64,000 nucleotides of DNA. It comes from Octopus vulgaris. Lineage: Eukaryota. The notes under the pieces were generated by a model. It did no database searches and had not been told where the DNA came from. It was given only the letters and a program-made list of their open reading frames with translations. How positions within the stretch are numbered: position 1 is the stretch's first letter; each line of letters opens with the position of its first letter. The position numbers were made by a program, and so were the translations under genes. The stretch covers positions 133,362,001 to 133,426,000 of the forward strand of contig OX597817.1 of NCBI GenBank assembly GCA_951406725.2, in the 5' to 3' direction. Shown here piece after piece: positions 39,535 to 53,000 of this stretch.

Positions 39535-40293
39535 TGATGTGGTGAAGTATAACCTTCGAACATTGGGCCTCACAGAGGCAATGACAAGAGACTGAGACCT
39601 TTGGAGATATGCTGTGAGTGAGCAGGCCCAGAAACTAAAGTGAGATCATAGCCATGCTTGTCTGGCCTAGTTAAGAGTACTCCTGATGTGTCAGGCAATA
39701 TGATACGCTTGAAAAGACCTGTTGAGTCAAGTAAATCCAAAATCGTAGCTGTAGCCAGTGCCCCCTGACTGACTCCTGCATTAGTAGCACATAAAAAGCA
39801 TCATCTGAAGATGGTCAATGCCAGGTCCGCCTGACTGGCTCCCGTGCCAGTGGCACATAAAGAACACTATCTGAACGTGATCAATGCCAGGACCGCCTGA
39901 CAGGCCCCCATTCCAGTGGCACATAAAAAGCACCATCCGAATGTGGCCAATGCCAGTACTCCCTGACTGGCACTCGTGCCAGTGGAATGTAAAAAGCACC
40001 ATCCAAATGTGGCCAATAGTACTCCCTGAATGGCCCCATGCAGGTGGCATGTAAAAAGCACTTTCCAAACATGATTGATGCCATGCCTACCTGACTGGCT
40101 CCTGTGCCTGTGATATATAAAAAGCACCCACTACACTCATGGAGTGGTTGGTGTTAGGAAGGACATCCAGCTGTAGAAACATTTCCAGATTAGATAGGTG
40201 CCTGGTACAGCTGCTGGCTCTCTAGACTTCAGTCAAACTGTCCAACCCATACCAGCATAGAAAACGGATGTTAAACAATGATGATGATGATGA
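39535..40293 (+). mobile_element. RTE 3' fragment with expanded ~66-bp tandem array (39755-40130)
   Basis: Starts in the last codons of the ORF (GGCCTCACAGAGGCAATGAC) and ends with the standard tail plus (GAT)n. TAAAAAGCA-like motif recurs near 39791, 39857, 39923, 39989, 40051 and 40117. Confidence 0.9.
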
Positions 40294-40309
40294 TATATAT
40301 ATATATACA

Positions 40310-40470
40310 TATATATGACAGGCTTCTTTCAGTCTCCGTCTGCCAAATGTACTCACAATGCTTTGGTCAGCCCAAGGCTATAGTAGAAGACACTTGCCCA
40401 AGGTGCGATGCAGTGGGACTGAACCTGAAACCATGTGATTGGGAAGCAAGCTTCTTACCACATAGCCAGG
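40310..40470 (-). mobile_element. SINE family 1 head fragment
   Basis: GGCTTCTTTCAGT..GTAGAAGACACTTGCCCAAGG..CAGTGGGACTGAACC. Confidence 0.82.
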
Positions 40471-41585
40471 CCTGTGTATATATCACAAAGTACCAACTCA
40501 ACACCATCCTAGATATTATTCAGGCAAAATCGTATTCGCACTCAAAATACTGACATATAAGTAAAGTGTAAACTGTTGTCCTGTCTTTGTTACAATAGTT
40601 TTTACTCCTTTATTTCAATCCCCATTGTATTGGCTTATAAGAATTTTAACGTAATATATATTATATGTCATGTAACTGTGTACGTTTGTGTATATGCTAC
40701 CGTGCACACACACACACACAATCCAAATAATAAGACAAAGAAATTCTTTAACATATCTTTAATGATTCATTACAAGTGTTTTTGTACCAACTCTGCTTGC
40801 AATGCCAGTTTATGCAAAATTTCAAAGAGAAAATCTATGTAATGTTTGCAGTTTTAAACATTAGAATGGCACTTCCTCAGACTTTCATCAAAGGAGTGCT
40901 GTCACATTGTGTGCCTTCTGACACTGTTTTTTTTTTTTTGGGGGGGGGAGCTTATATCAGGGGGAAATAAAAAGTAAACAAAAGTGTGGTAATCGGATGA
41001 GTAACATAGAGATCATGTGGGATGGGGGATATAGAAGAAGAAGAAGAAGATAACATTAATAAGTTAGGTAGGGGCATATATAGCAAATTGTCTTATCTAG
41101 ATAGTAGTCAGTCAGTACAACCACGCCACTGGTACCAAATTTCGTTTGATGTGTGAAAATTTATTTGACCACTAGATGATGTTAACCAACAATAACAGAA
41201 AGGATAAAAACTAACTCTGACAATTGCCCATGAATCAAATAATAATGAGGATACTTATACACTACAAGAACCTAAGATTATATATATATATATATATAAG
41301 ATTCATTCTTTCTTCATTGTGGTGAGGAGACACCCAGCTGTCCATTCCCCCTCCCACCACCACCACCACCACTAACCATGCTGACTAACCACCTTCAAGA
41401 CTATAAATCTTAAATACACCCTACCCACATATGACACAGTGCTCTCCTCTGCTATAAAACCACCATTTAATTTGTTTTGATTTGGCAATCTCATTCTGTG
41501 ATCAACAAAGATTATGAAATCACAAAATATGCACATACCATGGATTTTAAATGTTTTAAAATGTTCTTAATAATGTAGTTCATGT

Positions 41586-41671
41586 ATTCGTCTGAAGATA
41601 ACGTTTTTTTATAATGAGATAATGCACCCATTAATCAATTAAAAAATTTGTTGGAAACAGTTGTAATGAAT
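41586..41671 (+). ncRNA. Type I hammerhead ribozyme, intact core, extended stem II
   Basis: ATTCGT-CTGAAGA-TAAC..TTTTTT....AAAAAA..GTTG-GAAA-CAGTTG-TA-ATGAAT. 6-bp stem I with one G-U; stem III CAG(C>T)TG; GUA triplet. Confidence 0.75.
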
Positions 41672-41702
41672 TGATACCTATCCATCATTTGTTATATATA
41701 TC

Positions 41703-42555
41703 AAGTGAAGATTAGCAATGGGTGTAATGATGAATTCAGGGTACAAGTAGGGTTTCATCAAGGATCAGTCTCCAGCCTTCTCATGTTCATCATAATCCAC
41801 CAGGCAATAACAGAGGAATTTAAGTTGGGGTGCTCCCAGGAGCTCCTCTACACTGATAACTTGGCTTTTATAGCCAAATCACCACCAGAACTAGAGAAGA
41901 AATATCAGGTGTGGAAGCAAGGTCTAGAATCAAAGGGCCATAGATTTAATCTTGTAAAAACCAAAGTCTTAGTAAGTAGGAAAGCAGACAAATCACAAAC
42001 CCCTTCAGGTATATGAACCTGCTCAATCTGTAGAAAAGGCATAGAAGCTCCATAAGAAGTAAACAGTGTAAGCTATGGACACATAAAAGGTGCTATGGAC
42101 AGATCAGAGGAAGGTTAAGAGGGAAAATAGTTTTTGTGTGTGGAAGGCACACAGATACAATAAATACTAAAAATGTACAGTAAATAGACTCCATCAAATG
42201 CCAGGTGGGAAAAGATAGAAGTAGTTGATAGCTTCTGTTATCTAGGTGGCCAAGTCAGTAGTGGAGATGTATGTTCTGAGAGCATAGCTGCTAGAATAAG
42301 AAGAGGCTGGGCAAAGTTCAGAGAGCTCCTACTGCTGTTGGTAACTAAGGGCCTCTCCCTCAGAGTGGAAGGTAGATTGTATGATGCCTGTGTGTGAACA
42401 GCCATGCTACATGACTGAAACATGGGCTGTGACTGCTGAGGACATGCAAAGGCTTGAAAGAAGTGAAGCTAGTATGCTTTGCTGGTTATGCAGCGACAGA
42501 GTGTAAACATCTTGAGAAAAAAGTTGGGTATAAGAGGCATCAGATGTGGTGTGCA
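41703..42555 (+). mobile_element. Internal RTE RT fragment
   Basis: EFRVQVGFHQGSV, LLYTDNLAF, KTKVLV, KQCKLWTHKRC, FCYLGG, GRLYDACV. Confidence 0.92.
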
Positions 42556-43621
42556 TGATACTGCTCTATCATAACTGATTCTAGATACATGACTAGGAAG
42601 TGAGTCTAAAATAAATAAGATAAATACTAGTGTTAATGGTGCCATCCATACATTTAATATTACCATATTGTTCTATCATCGATAGAAAATGATAGTGAAT
42701 AATACAATAATGTATGCATGTGTTTTACACATCCATCCATATATACACACAATCAAATGTACATATATATATATATATATATAGACAGATAGATAGATAT
42801 CATCATATATGTGTGTGTGTGTGTGTGCGTGTCTGTGTATGCTTAAAGATTTTGCAAAAAATACTTGATACAATCACAATACAGGAAGAAAGACTAATTT
42901 GTCATAACTTTTTTTTTAAATCATAGGAAATAGAATGTTAACACTTTTTGGTAATGAACTAAAATGTTGCGGGCCTTTGAACCATTCTGATTTTCTAAGA
43001 TTTTTTAAAACATTTAATAACTTTTACAAAAATCTTTCTTCAAACATGTGTGTGTGCACATGTGTTTATGCTTTTGTCTTATAAAAGGACTGTTCAAAGA
43101 CCCTCTAGTTTTGGTAGCACGAGAAAATGCACCCAGTGTTTTCTGTAAAATGGTTTGCAATAGAAGTTGTGTTCAACAGTATAATAAAGCCAAAAATACA
43201 CCACTGTATGAGAAGAGTGGCTTCCAATAGCAAAAATGAATCAAAATAAGATGATTTGTCCAAACCATGCCAGCGTGGAAAGCAGATATAAAATGAAAAT
43301 GAGGATATGTATGCTTATAGTTATATGTATATATGTATGTGTGCATGCGTGTGTGTGTATAATTTATATGTGTCTATGTAAGTGTTTATAGGTAAGTATC
43401 AAGTGTGTGTGTGTGTTTATATGAATTTTGTAATTTCTCTAAGCTCATTTTGGTTTAAAATTAAGCAAGTAAATTACCTTAGCTATAAACGTTTTCTACT
43501 CTTTTTTTGTCTCCTTCTTATCTTGTAAGTTCTTTGAATATTGGAAATATAGTTGGATAACTATCATGCTAACAGCTATCAATTCAGAAATATATGTCCA
43601 TGATTGTTCTCTTATCTCCAG

Positions 43622-43648
43622 ACAATAAGCCTGTCGTTTTCTTTATTG
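43622..43648 (+). CDS. Candidate 27-nt microexon (xNKPVVFFI-G)
   Basis: Acceptor TTGTTCTCTTATCTCCAG, donor TG/GTATGT, frame-preserving. No partner exon found in the window. Confidence 0.2.
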
Positions 43649-45248
43649 GTATGTCAAATTTGGAGAATTTTTGATCCTTGAGATTGTCTCCCCTCCTTAC
43701 CTTAATTCCTGTTTGGTAGTTATAATCCACCTTCTAGAGGCAGAGATAATTTTAATAAATCAAGAATCTATGTCATATGGCATTCGATATATGTATCTCT
43801 CTCTCTCCCTCTCTCTCTATCTATATATTTCTCTCTCTCCATATATATATATATATATATATATCTGTATGTGTGTGTGTATGTATCTGTGTGGTTTTGC
43901 ACATATATGAATATAAGAATGGGATACATTACATTTCACATTGGAATAATAAGCAAGTGGATAGGATAATACTTAAGAAGGCAAACTGATTGGCACATAT
44001 CTAAGCAGGCAAATGGACAAGCAGGAAAGTCATTACAAATATAATTAAATATGGAAATGATTATAAATTTGAGATAAGTATGTTAGTGTGTAAATAGATA
44101 GAGTGAAATGTTGCTAAGAAGTTAGATAGGCAAAGTGCATAAGCTAGTTTATATGTTAGTAGATGTGCATATATACAGACTCACATGCCTGCAAACATAT
44201 ATCTCACTTAACATGCAAGCATAATGAAAGTTAATGATATGTGGTTTAGTGTATATATATGAGTGTATATATGAATATACTTTTACATTGTAAATTCATC
44301 AATGTCATTAAACTTAGGTAAATCATTAAAATTGATGTCAATATTCATAATTATACGGGTGGAGTGCAATTAGCATATCTTTCAACATTAGTAAAATGGA
44401 CACATGTCTGTATGTTTTCAAGTGTTTGTCTGTGTGTGTAAGTATACATATACAAAACAAATGTCAGCCCAAACATGACAAAAACATATTTATATTCCAT
44501 AGGTTTGCTACTGCCAAGAATATATATATATATAAATATAAGGCCTATGTACAACAAGCATGAAGACACCCATGGACTGTACTGTAGGCATTGACGAAGC
44601 TATACAGCTCAACATGAAAGGTTCAGCCCATTACTTACACTTTGTTTTCTGTAAAGCCCCTTCCCTCCTCGGAGCAGTAAAAAGAATACAAGAGAGGAAT
44701 AGCCACAAGAGTCTTGATTGGTGCCAGCATGGCAGAAACTCTGCTGAGGCTTCATAGACAATGGTAATGTTGCTTTGCAATGAAGAAGGAATTATATAAT
44801 ATAATGTATAACAAATTGGAATGATTTTTAAGAAATTCATTTATCTCTGTGCATCCATTTTGTATTAAAATTTAGAGTAAAAACAGAATTAGGTTTATGT
44901 GTACATGCAGAGCTGTATATGCATGTGTGTTTGTAATTAAATATACATATATTATTTAAATAAATATATACACATATATAAACACAGTCACACAAACAAA
45001 TGCAAAAACATTTATTCATGTATTTGTGAGTGTGTATGTGTGCATGTGTGTATGTAGCAGAACCTGAAAGCATAAATGTATCAGTATATGTTCATTGTCT
45101 GTACATTCATGCATATATACACAAACACACAATGCACACATATACTAATGCACAGAGGCATATTGAAGTATATGTGTGTGAATGTGCATGGTGATGTATG
45201 TATATGATTTTAATTTAATTCCTCATATGCATATATATATATATATAT

Positions 45249-45309
<61 letters not shown>

Positions 45310-47403
45310 GGGAGAGTTTACAAAAAAACAAAAGACGAAGACAGGTGGAGTAGAAAATAAACAGATGTATTAGTATAATGCTCAGGATATATATATGTAT
45401 TTTATGTGTGTGTGTGTGTATATATATAAACATACATACACACACATACACACACACACATATATATGTGTGTATGTATATATGTATTTGTGTATCTGTG
45501 TGTGTGTATATCTGTGCATGTGTGTGTGTGTGAATTCCTTTATGTGAAAGTTGGAATGTGGCAAAGTATGTAAGAGCTCAAAGCTTTTAGTTTAGATGTT
45601 TTCATTCAAATCTTCACTGAAGGCAAAAATATTAGTTAATACATATACATTTGTTAATTTTTGTTGTGATATTTTCAAAGAATGATGTAGTTGATCAAAT
45701 TGGTAATGGTAATCTGTAATATATATAGGGGTCTTGTCTTATAAAAAAGCATAGTGTATCTGATATCTGTCACTACATAATTATGTGATATTCTATTTCA
45801 ATATGGCTTATATGCATATACCCCTTTTAACATCTGTTAGTCACATACACATATAATACCATACCACATATTATTACTACTGTGTTGTATTTCTGGAGAG
45901 CTTTAATATAATGAATCTTACAGTGCATAATTTTGTGTAATGACAACTTTCCAATGTAGTGTAGTTCAACATATTTATATACTCAGACTATCCAACAAAT
46001 AAATACACATATTTTTTAAACCATATGCAAAGCTTCTTTTAAACACACACACACACACACACACACACAGATGGAACACACATGAGAAAGAGAGAGTGAG
46101 GAAGAAAGAGAGAGAGAGAGAGCATGGGGTGAGTAATGCATCATTCTAACTAACTTCAAATACAGAAATAGATCTTCCTAGAAAAGACATCTGCAGGCAT
46201 ACATAAGATGCATTCATATCTCTACATTTGTATATATGCAAGTGTAACAATAATTTTACCCAAATGGCTGAATATTGGCTCATAGGCATAGACACATATT
46301 CAAAAACATTCATAAACAAATACAGACACATAAATACATCTATGTGCAATACAAATACATGCACTCGCATTTGTGGAGGACAGTTAATAAGTTTCCACAA
46401 TGTATTCATAAAATTGCAATTTGTCTTTACCAAAATGGCTGCAGGCAAAATGGCTAGATCTAATATATAAAACTTATTAAAACAAAGGGGATTAGCAAGG
46501 ATATCATTTCTCAGCACAGACTTCTATTTTTCTCTATATATTAATGCACAAGTTTCATTTAGCTGCATTGAAAAAAATAAAAAGCAGCAACAACATATTT
46601 CATTATTGAGAAATGATGTACAAATGCAGAACTTGTTTCACTCCTTTGTTTGTGGCCAATTGACTAACTTCCAAGGCACTTTTGATTAAGCAAAAGTGAT
46701 GATTCTTTGCAAAAGTGAAGACCTATGCAAAATAAAACAGTTACGTATTTTAGAGAGAAATCTTTTTAATACCCTATATAATTCCAGATTTTAGAATAGG
46801 TAAACCATATCCCTGGGTATTGTAAGAGATAACTAAAAGAGTTGGTGTCAAGAAGCGCATCCAGCCATAAAAAAAATCCCTTCTAACACATACCAGCATG
46901 GAAATGTGGACATAAAAATGATAATGGTGATGTGAAGAATGTATGTTTAAATTATTTCATAAGTATAACCATCATTAACCAATATAAACTTTGCTCTATT
47001 GTCGAAAGACTAAAGCTTATGATTTTTGTCATAAACCTATAGCATACGCCAATTCAGAGTTGATATCCGAAATAAATGCAGCCTTGTTTGTATCATCTTT
47101 ATATATATTCCAGCTTGATTTTAAAGTCTCTAGTTCTTTATAGACACTCTAATGCTGAAATGAATGTCCATGGGCAACTTTCAATGAATGTCTGCTCTCA
47201 GTTCACTTCCAACCCACAAGTAATCTGCTGCTTTTCTCTACTATACATAGAAAGTAAGAAAGTTGGCTTCTCAGCCATGCTGTCTGGATTTACTACATGC
47301 TACTTTGAGCAAGTGTCTTCAACCATAAGTTGAGGTTGACCAATGCATAAGTAAAAAATAGGTACACAGAAGCTATGGGGAAGCTTATCATCTGTTCATG
47401 CAT

Positions 47404-47436
<33 letters not shown>

Positions 47437-47664
47437 TGTTTGTGTTTGTTTGTGTGTGTGTGTGTGTGTATGATGTACACTTTGAAATGTATTATATAAG
47501 AAACAAGACTGCATTCAAGTTTGATCTTTTTTATTAAGGATTTTTTTGATATTTTCTTATTGGTAATTAATATTTCGCAAAGTTTCTCATTAGTTCTCCA
47601 TAAATGTTCTTTTTCCTAATTTTTTATGATATTTTTTATGATATTTTTTATGATATTTTTATGT

Positions 47665-47858
47665 GCAGGTGGCACGTAAAAAGCACCCACTACACTCACG
47701 GAGTGGTTGGCGTTAGGAAGGGCATCCAGCTGTAGAAACATTGCCAGATTAGACTGGAGCCTGGTGCAGCCTTCTGGCTTCCCAGAACCCCGGTCGAACC
47801 GTCCAACCCATGCTAGCATGGAGAACGGACGTTAAACGACGATGATGATGATGATGAT
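47665..47858 (+). mobile_element. Young solo RTE 3' tail (CpGs retained)
   Basis: GGCACGTAAAAAGCACCCACTACACTCACGGAGTGGTTGGCGTTAGGAAGGGCATCCAGC..GGACGTTAAACGAC(GAT)n. Confidence 0.92.
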
Positions 47859-50800
47859 TCACATCAGCTGGGTAACTGTTCTCTACAACAGTGCATGGCT
47901 TTAGCACTTTGTCTCATTGAGCAGAATTTGGCCAAATGTGCTTACACTGCGTTGCTGTTTTTATTAGAATTTTCCACCACTATCCTTTATTTTACACTGT
48001 AGTTCTGTTATGCATTTGGCATGATTGTATGTCTGTATGCATGCATATATGTTATTTTTCATTTAATTTAATTTAAATTCTTCTTCTATGGAAGAAGCTG
48101 GGTTCTAACAAAGAAATAATGCTTCATTGCTGGAATTCTTAATTTAATTGTCACTGAGACATTTATTAACATAACTGAGTGCAGATATAAATGTGAATTT
48201 ATGATTTAAGTAAAAAAACTGAAAATTTCAAAGTAGTTCTCTGCAAACATTCTTTTCATCAACGACTTTGAAAAAAATATTGTGCAAATACTGTACAAAG
48301 TATATAACCACTGTGATTGCACATTTTTTTTTATTCTAACCAAAACTTTATCAAATCTGTTATATTTGCACTTGATATAAGTTTTGATAAGAATGTTCCA
48401 CATGTATTCCTTATGTTGATATGTGTGGATATCTTCTCTATATTTAACCAAGGACAATCTTCCCTCAGAATGGCAGTGTATATATTTTCAATAACAATGC
48501 TATATTGCAACTTAATGACATCTTGGGGGAGCTGCTGACAACATTTGCAATATTTTCCACACATTTATAACATAATCAACACTTTTGTTTGTGTCTGGGG
48601 CTTTAAGGCCTTCACTGTCTAATTTGGAATGTTGTAGATTTCTCTTGTGCTTAGCTTGGAAAAGCATAGCCTTTGAAATGTAACAGTCATAAATCTAAGA
48701 GACGCTTTGATTTTCTGTTGTCCTGTTAATGTTAAATTCATTCCTAAGTTTATTGGAAGGCATATTCATGCCTAACCTTGACAGTATTTCCAGAGTGTTT
48801 CTCGTCTAGCTGTTGAGGTACAGTAGTTCATCAATTCTGGGGTAGCATGGAAAGCCATCAGGAAGAGTACTCCTTGAGAAGTTCAATACTGATCCATAGA
48901 GCTCTCTTCACTTTTGTGTACTTGATTGTTGTATTTGTTTTGGTTACTGTCGTCAGCAGATGCTGACTGAAGGATACTGTACAACATGCAGAGGCTGTTG
49001 GGCTTGGTCTTAAGCTTCTTACTTTTTTTATAACTATTTCTGTGGAAGCTTCAAATTAGTTTTAGGATCTTGATTTTTGCTTTTCTTGTGACGCCACATT
49101 TTATGTAAGAGTCCGTGTGTGTGTGTTGTGTGTGTGTGTGTGTGTGTGTGTGTAAACAGAGAGAGAGAGAGAGAGAGAGAGTGAAAGAAATTAAAAGAGA
49201 ATGAATGTATTCAATCAGTTACACATTTATACTTACATACAAATACATGAATTCTAATACAATTATGCAAGTGTTAAACTGTTTGTATGTAAAGAGAAAA
49301 ATATAATATTCACTAAATCATTGATAAGCAATTGAAAAATATAGGATCAGTTTGAAAATTATGTTGAACCTCAAAAGGATCAATACAATTAATGGGCAGC
49401 CTAGTAAATTAGTAGGCCTCTGAGAACAAGGGCATATTATTAATCCTGTGCCACGGAAGTTTTGCCTTGTCCCCTATTGAAGCTTTTCTAAATTGAAAAG
49501 AAATATACTTCTGGAAACTTACTTCAGTTCAAGTTTTATTTAAAGAGCAAAAATTGTAATTAGAAGGAATGTACAAGAAGAAAGTGCTAAAGTGAAATAA
49601 TGTTTAAATATACAGAACTGTATATATCTTAAGCATAGTGAGAGAGAGAAAATTTGTGGAGAGTAAGGAGTAAGAAATATTGATGGTGTAGTTGTAAAGA
49701 GAAAAGAAAAAAAATGATGAAACTCAGCAATGGGTTAAGGATTGAAATTTGTTGGTTAGGAATTATGAAAAAGGTAACTAAACAAGAACTACAACTGTAG
49801 TGGATGTTAATATGTACACTAAATCTGTTGCTAAGTTCTATGAAAATTATTATCTTGAAACAGTACTTTTTACCTCTAGTAATTCTTCAGTAAGATAGAC
49901 TTTATTGATTTTTTTAATATATTTCTTGCTATGATTCATCAGAAATATATTTTACACTATCCATCATAGATCTGCATCTAAGGACTCCAAACACTGATCT
50001 CTTATATTGTAAATTACCTACCAGACTTCTCAATAATGTCAGCAGAGGCCTCTCTGACCCATGTACTATTAACTCTAGTGTGCTTCAGGATTTAGGAATG
50101 TCCCTCATATTCTGCCCTCTCTACAGCAATGACCTAATTAATGTTCTGAGCCACTTTATTAAAAACCATTAAAAATTTTACAAAACTTGTTAGCTAGAAC
50201 AGTTTTCAGTCCCAGTAACTGACATTACACATTATTGTGAACAGCCAGAAAAGTAAAGAATTTACATTGTGGGAGATGGGGAAGGGTTCATAGTCAAGAA
50301 TTTGTAAAGTTTGTGAAGGATTTAGTTGACTTGGAAGAACAGTAAGATCACTGGTATTGAAAATAAAGAGTGCAAGAGACAAAAACCAAATCCTGGGGAT
50401 CAAAGAGGTCTACACTTACATGCTGAAACATATACATGATGCCAATGAGGAAAGCTTTACCATGTAAAGTTAAATTCCCTCAGATACAGCATACTGTCTT
50501 AATAAATTAAGGTTGGGGAATTTCAGATTTTCTCTGTCTTGAAGCTATTAATTGATTCACTCACTATTTTGAAATTGATGCTACACTTTGTTAATTTAGC
50601 TGATGGTATGTATTGTTTAATGTTCAACTCACAGAAAATGATCAGTGATTTGCAGCTGGTTGACTTCATCAAATGCTTATGTGTTCCCAATATCATGCTC
50701 TTTCTCTTTCATAAATATATATGTTCACAATTATTTCTTTGATAATTTGGATTTCAAACATATTTGACTGATAGGTGGCTATTTGTGATCTGACTTTGTG

Positions 50801-51518
50801 AATGATGTTTGTGTTACAAATGGTGAATTTATATGCATCAAATAGCTTTGTTCTCTCCCCATAGGTCATCTAATTGGTGCATCCTGATAGTTGCAAACAT
50901 GGCTATTAGAATCTACTACTTGGAATATGATATGTATGAAGGTTGTCAATTGGATAAAGAAGTGTTGAGCACTAAAAATGGTTGGAACCTCTGAAAGACG
51001 AAAATCTTGGAAGACATGGGTGTGCAATGATGAACAGTGATCTCAGGAAGCTGAACCTTATGTAAGAGGTGATAAAGAACCATGATAGCTGGCAATATGC
51101 AGTGCCAAAGAAAACCTGTGTACCTAAGCAAGCTTGACAGTAATCCTTAAATAGTGACGGTGAAGGAAACTGGAAAGTAAAATATATCTGTATTAGGTCT
51201 CTCCCCCATTATGCTCTTGTTAATTCCCTATCAATCTCCTCTCATCTATCACTTTTTTCCTATCCACTTTAGGAATGTCATTCTTCATTACCCATCTAGG
51301 AGGGTGGTAACTCTGAATAATAACTAACATAAACTGTGACTTCTTTCAAACTAGTGCCAGCATGGATAGCAGATATAAAATGATGATAATGATGATGATG
51401 ATGATGATGATGACTGTTTTTTGCTCTTTGCTCTATAGGAAGCTGTAACAACTAATCCTACTCATATATTAAGTCTACTGGTCAAATGTATAGTGAAATT
51501 ATTGTTACTTTATTACCC

Positions 51519-52163
51519 TAGTTAGTATGCAAATTGGCAGAGATCCAACCATGTATCTGAGTTGAAGTACCATAGAGACCAGAAAGGGGTTGGTATTGTG
51601 TAGTATGTAGATGGGTGGTGGGTGTTCGTGATAAGATGGTTCCCAAATGAGTTGAGGAGAGGAGCATAGATGCGTGTTATTCAATATAAGTAATAATTGT
51701 GTTATTATCCTTTAACTACTCTTTATTACAGAGTTTTTAAATAGTGGTTATAGAGGGGTTGAACATGGACAGATCAAATGTCATTCTTCATTACACAGGT
51801 GAAGTGGATAGGAGAAAAGGTGAGTGATAGGTGAAAGGATAATGATAGGGACTTAACAGGAGCATAATGGGAGTATAGATCCAATATAGATATATTTGAC
51901 TTTTCAATTTCCTTGCTGGAGTTTCATACCTACTTCACAATATGTAAGAATGTATATACATTGCTAAGAATATATATACATGACAATTATTACTTATCTT
52001 GAATAATGTTTATCTATGCTCCTTTCTTTAATTCATTTGGGAACTACCTTACCATGACTACCCACTACCCATCTATATACAAGACAATGCCAGCCTCTTT
52101 CTGGCCTCTAGGATACTCCAAGTCAGCTATATGGTTGTTCTTCTGCCAGTTGTATGTTAACTA
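51519..52163. repeat. Diverged inverted repeat, arms 51519-51700 and 51983-52163
   Basis: Reverse complement of the right arm aligns with the left (TGGCAG..CAACCAT..CCAGAAAG..TAGATGGGT..TTCCCAAATGA..GGAGCATAGAT..ATAAGTAATAATTGT). Confidence 0.85.
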
Positions 52164-52329
52164 TTTCTGGCAGAATGTGTTTTATTCGAGATTCATCAGA
52201 AGCAGATAGGTAGGTAACTGAAACCTTCTTAGGTATGTTGTGTTAGGTATGATACTGCACATAGACCTAAACTAATAACCTCCTATGCACAAATGCTTTA
52301 TTTATAATTGCACCACAGCATTTTAAGCA

Positions 52330-53000
52330 AAATATATGACCTACTTGGTGGAAACCATCCCATCTTACAAACTGGATAGCTTTGACCTACAACTCCTGTG
52401 AAACCATTTCAGCTAATCCAAATGATAACTCGGTGCATCACACAACCTGAAAGCACTCCTATCTCCTGAACTCTGGCCATTTTCTATGACACTGTAACAC
52501 ACCAGTGAACTTGTCAAGAAATTTTGGCAAAACTATGTTGTTTCACTCAAAATCATCAAAAATTTCAACCATATCTGACTTGTGCTTCTCAGTAATCATC
52601 ACATCCTTGTGAAATTTGGTGGAAATTGTGTCACTGCAATCAACATCAGTAAAGCTATTGACTGTGTTTAGCATGGAAGTCTCCTAATAAATAGTAAAAC
52701 TATGCTCTCCAATGAGCTCCATCTAACTTTTTCTTTTTTGATTATGAGCTCCATCTAACTTTTGTCTCTTAACTAGGTGGTTTCTTGATAGATCATACTA
52801 TTATGGAGTGTGCTGATGGAACTCTCAGACACACGCTCTATCAAATGTAGTGCACCTCAATGTTCCGTTTTGTCTCTCACACCTATCCAGCTATACATGA
52901 ATGGCCAACTTGCTATCATTTCCAACAACTTTCACTCCTATTCACGTTCCTTCTTAAACTTCCACATGAAACCTAGAGACATCACATGCCAGATATGTAC
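52330..53000 (+). mobile_element. Decayed Jockey/CR1-type RT fragment
   Basis: AINISKAIDCV*HGSLL (cf. DISKAFDxVxH) and SAPQCSVLSLTPIQLYMN (cf. GVPQGSVLSPTLFLLYIN). Confidence 0.65.

Noticed and set aside
39755-40130. CRISPR-like repeat/spacer appearance of the 66-bp array
   Set aside because: The intervening segments are homologous to each other rather than unique spacers, no cas genes are present, and the array lies within an RTE 3' UTR.
44639-44775. Possible minus-strand exon ending at GTAAGT
   Set aside because: Weak acceptor, two open frames and no recognisable protein.
46146-46517. Overlapping ORFs on both strands with AAAATGGCT (YY1-like) motifs
   Set aside because: No homology or splice support; short motifs are not significant alone.
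48570-49100. Coding-looking unique stretch
   Set aside because: No ORF of 60 aa or more in the track, no clear splice pair and no recognisable motif; probably a decayed element.
49905-49946. Minus-strand CTGATGA..GAAA-TATA-TT motif
   Set aside because: Stem II cannot pair and stem I is only A/U runs; expected by chance in AT-rich DNA.
52155-52205. Minus-strand CTGATGA...GAAA next to the inverted repeat
   Set aside because: No convincing stems.
52713-52764. 21-bp direct repeat ATGAGCTCCATCTAACTTTT
   Set aside because: Small local duplication inside a dead LINE with no evident function.
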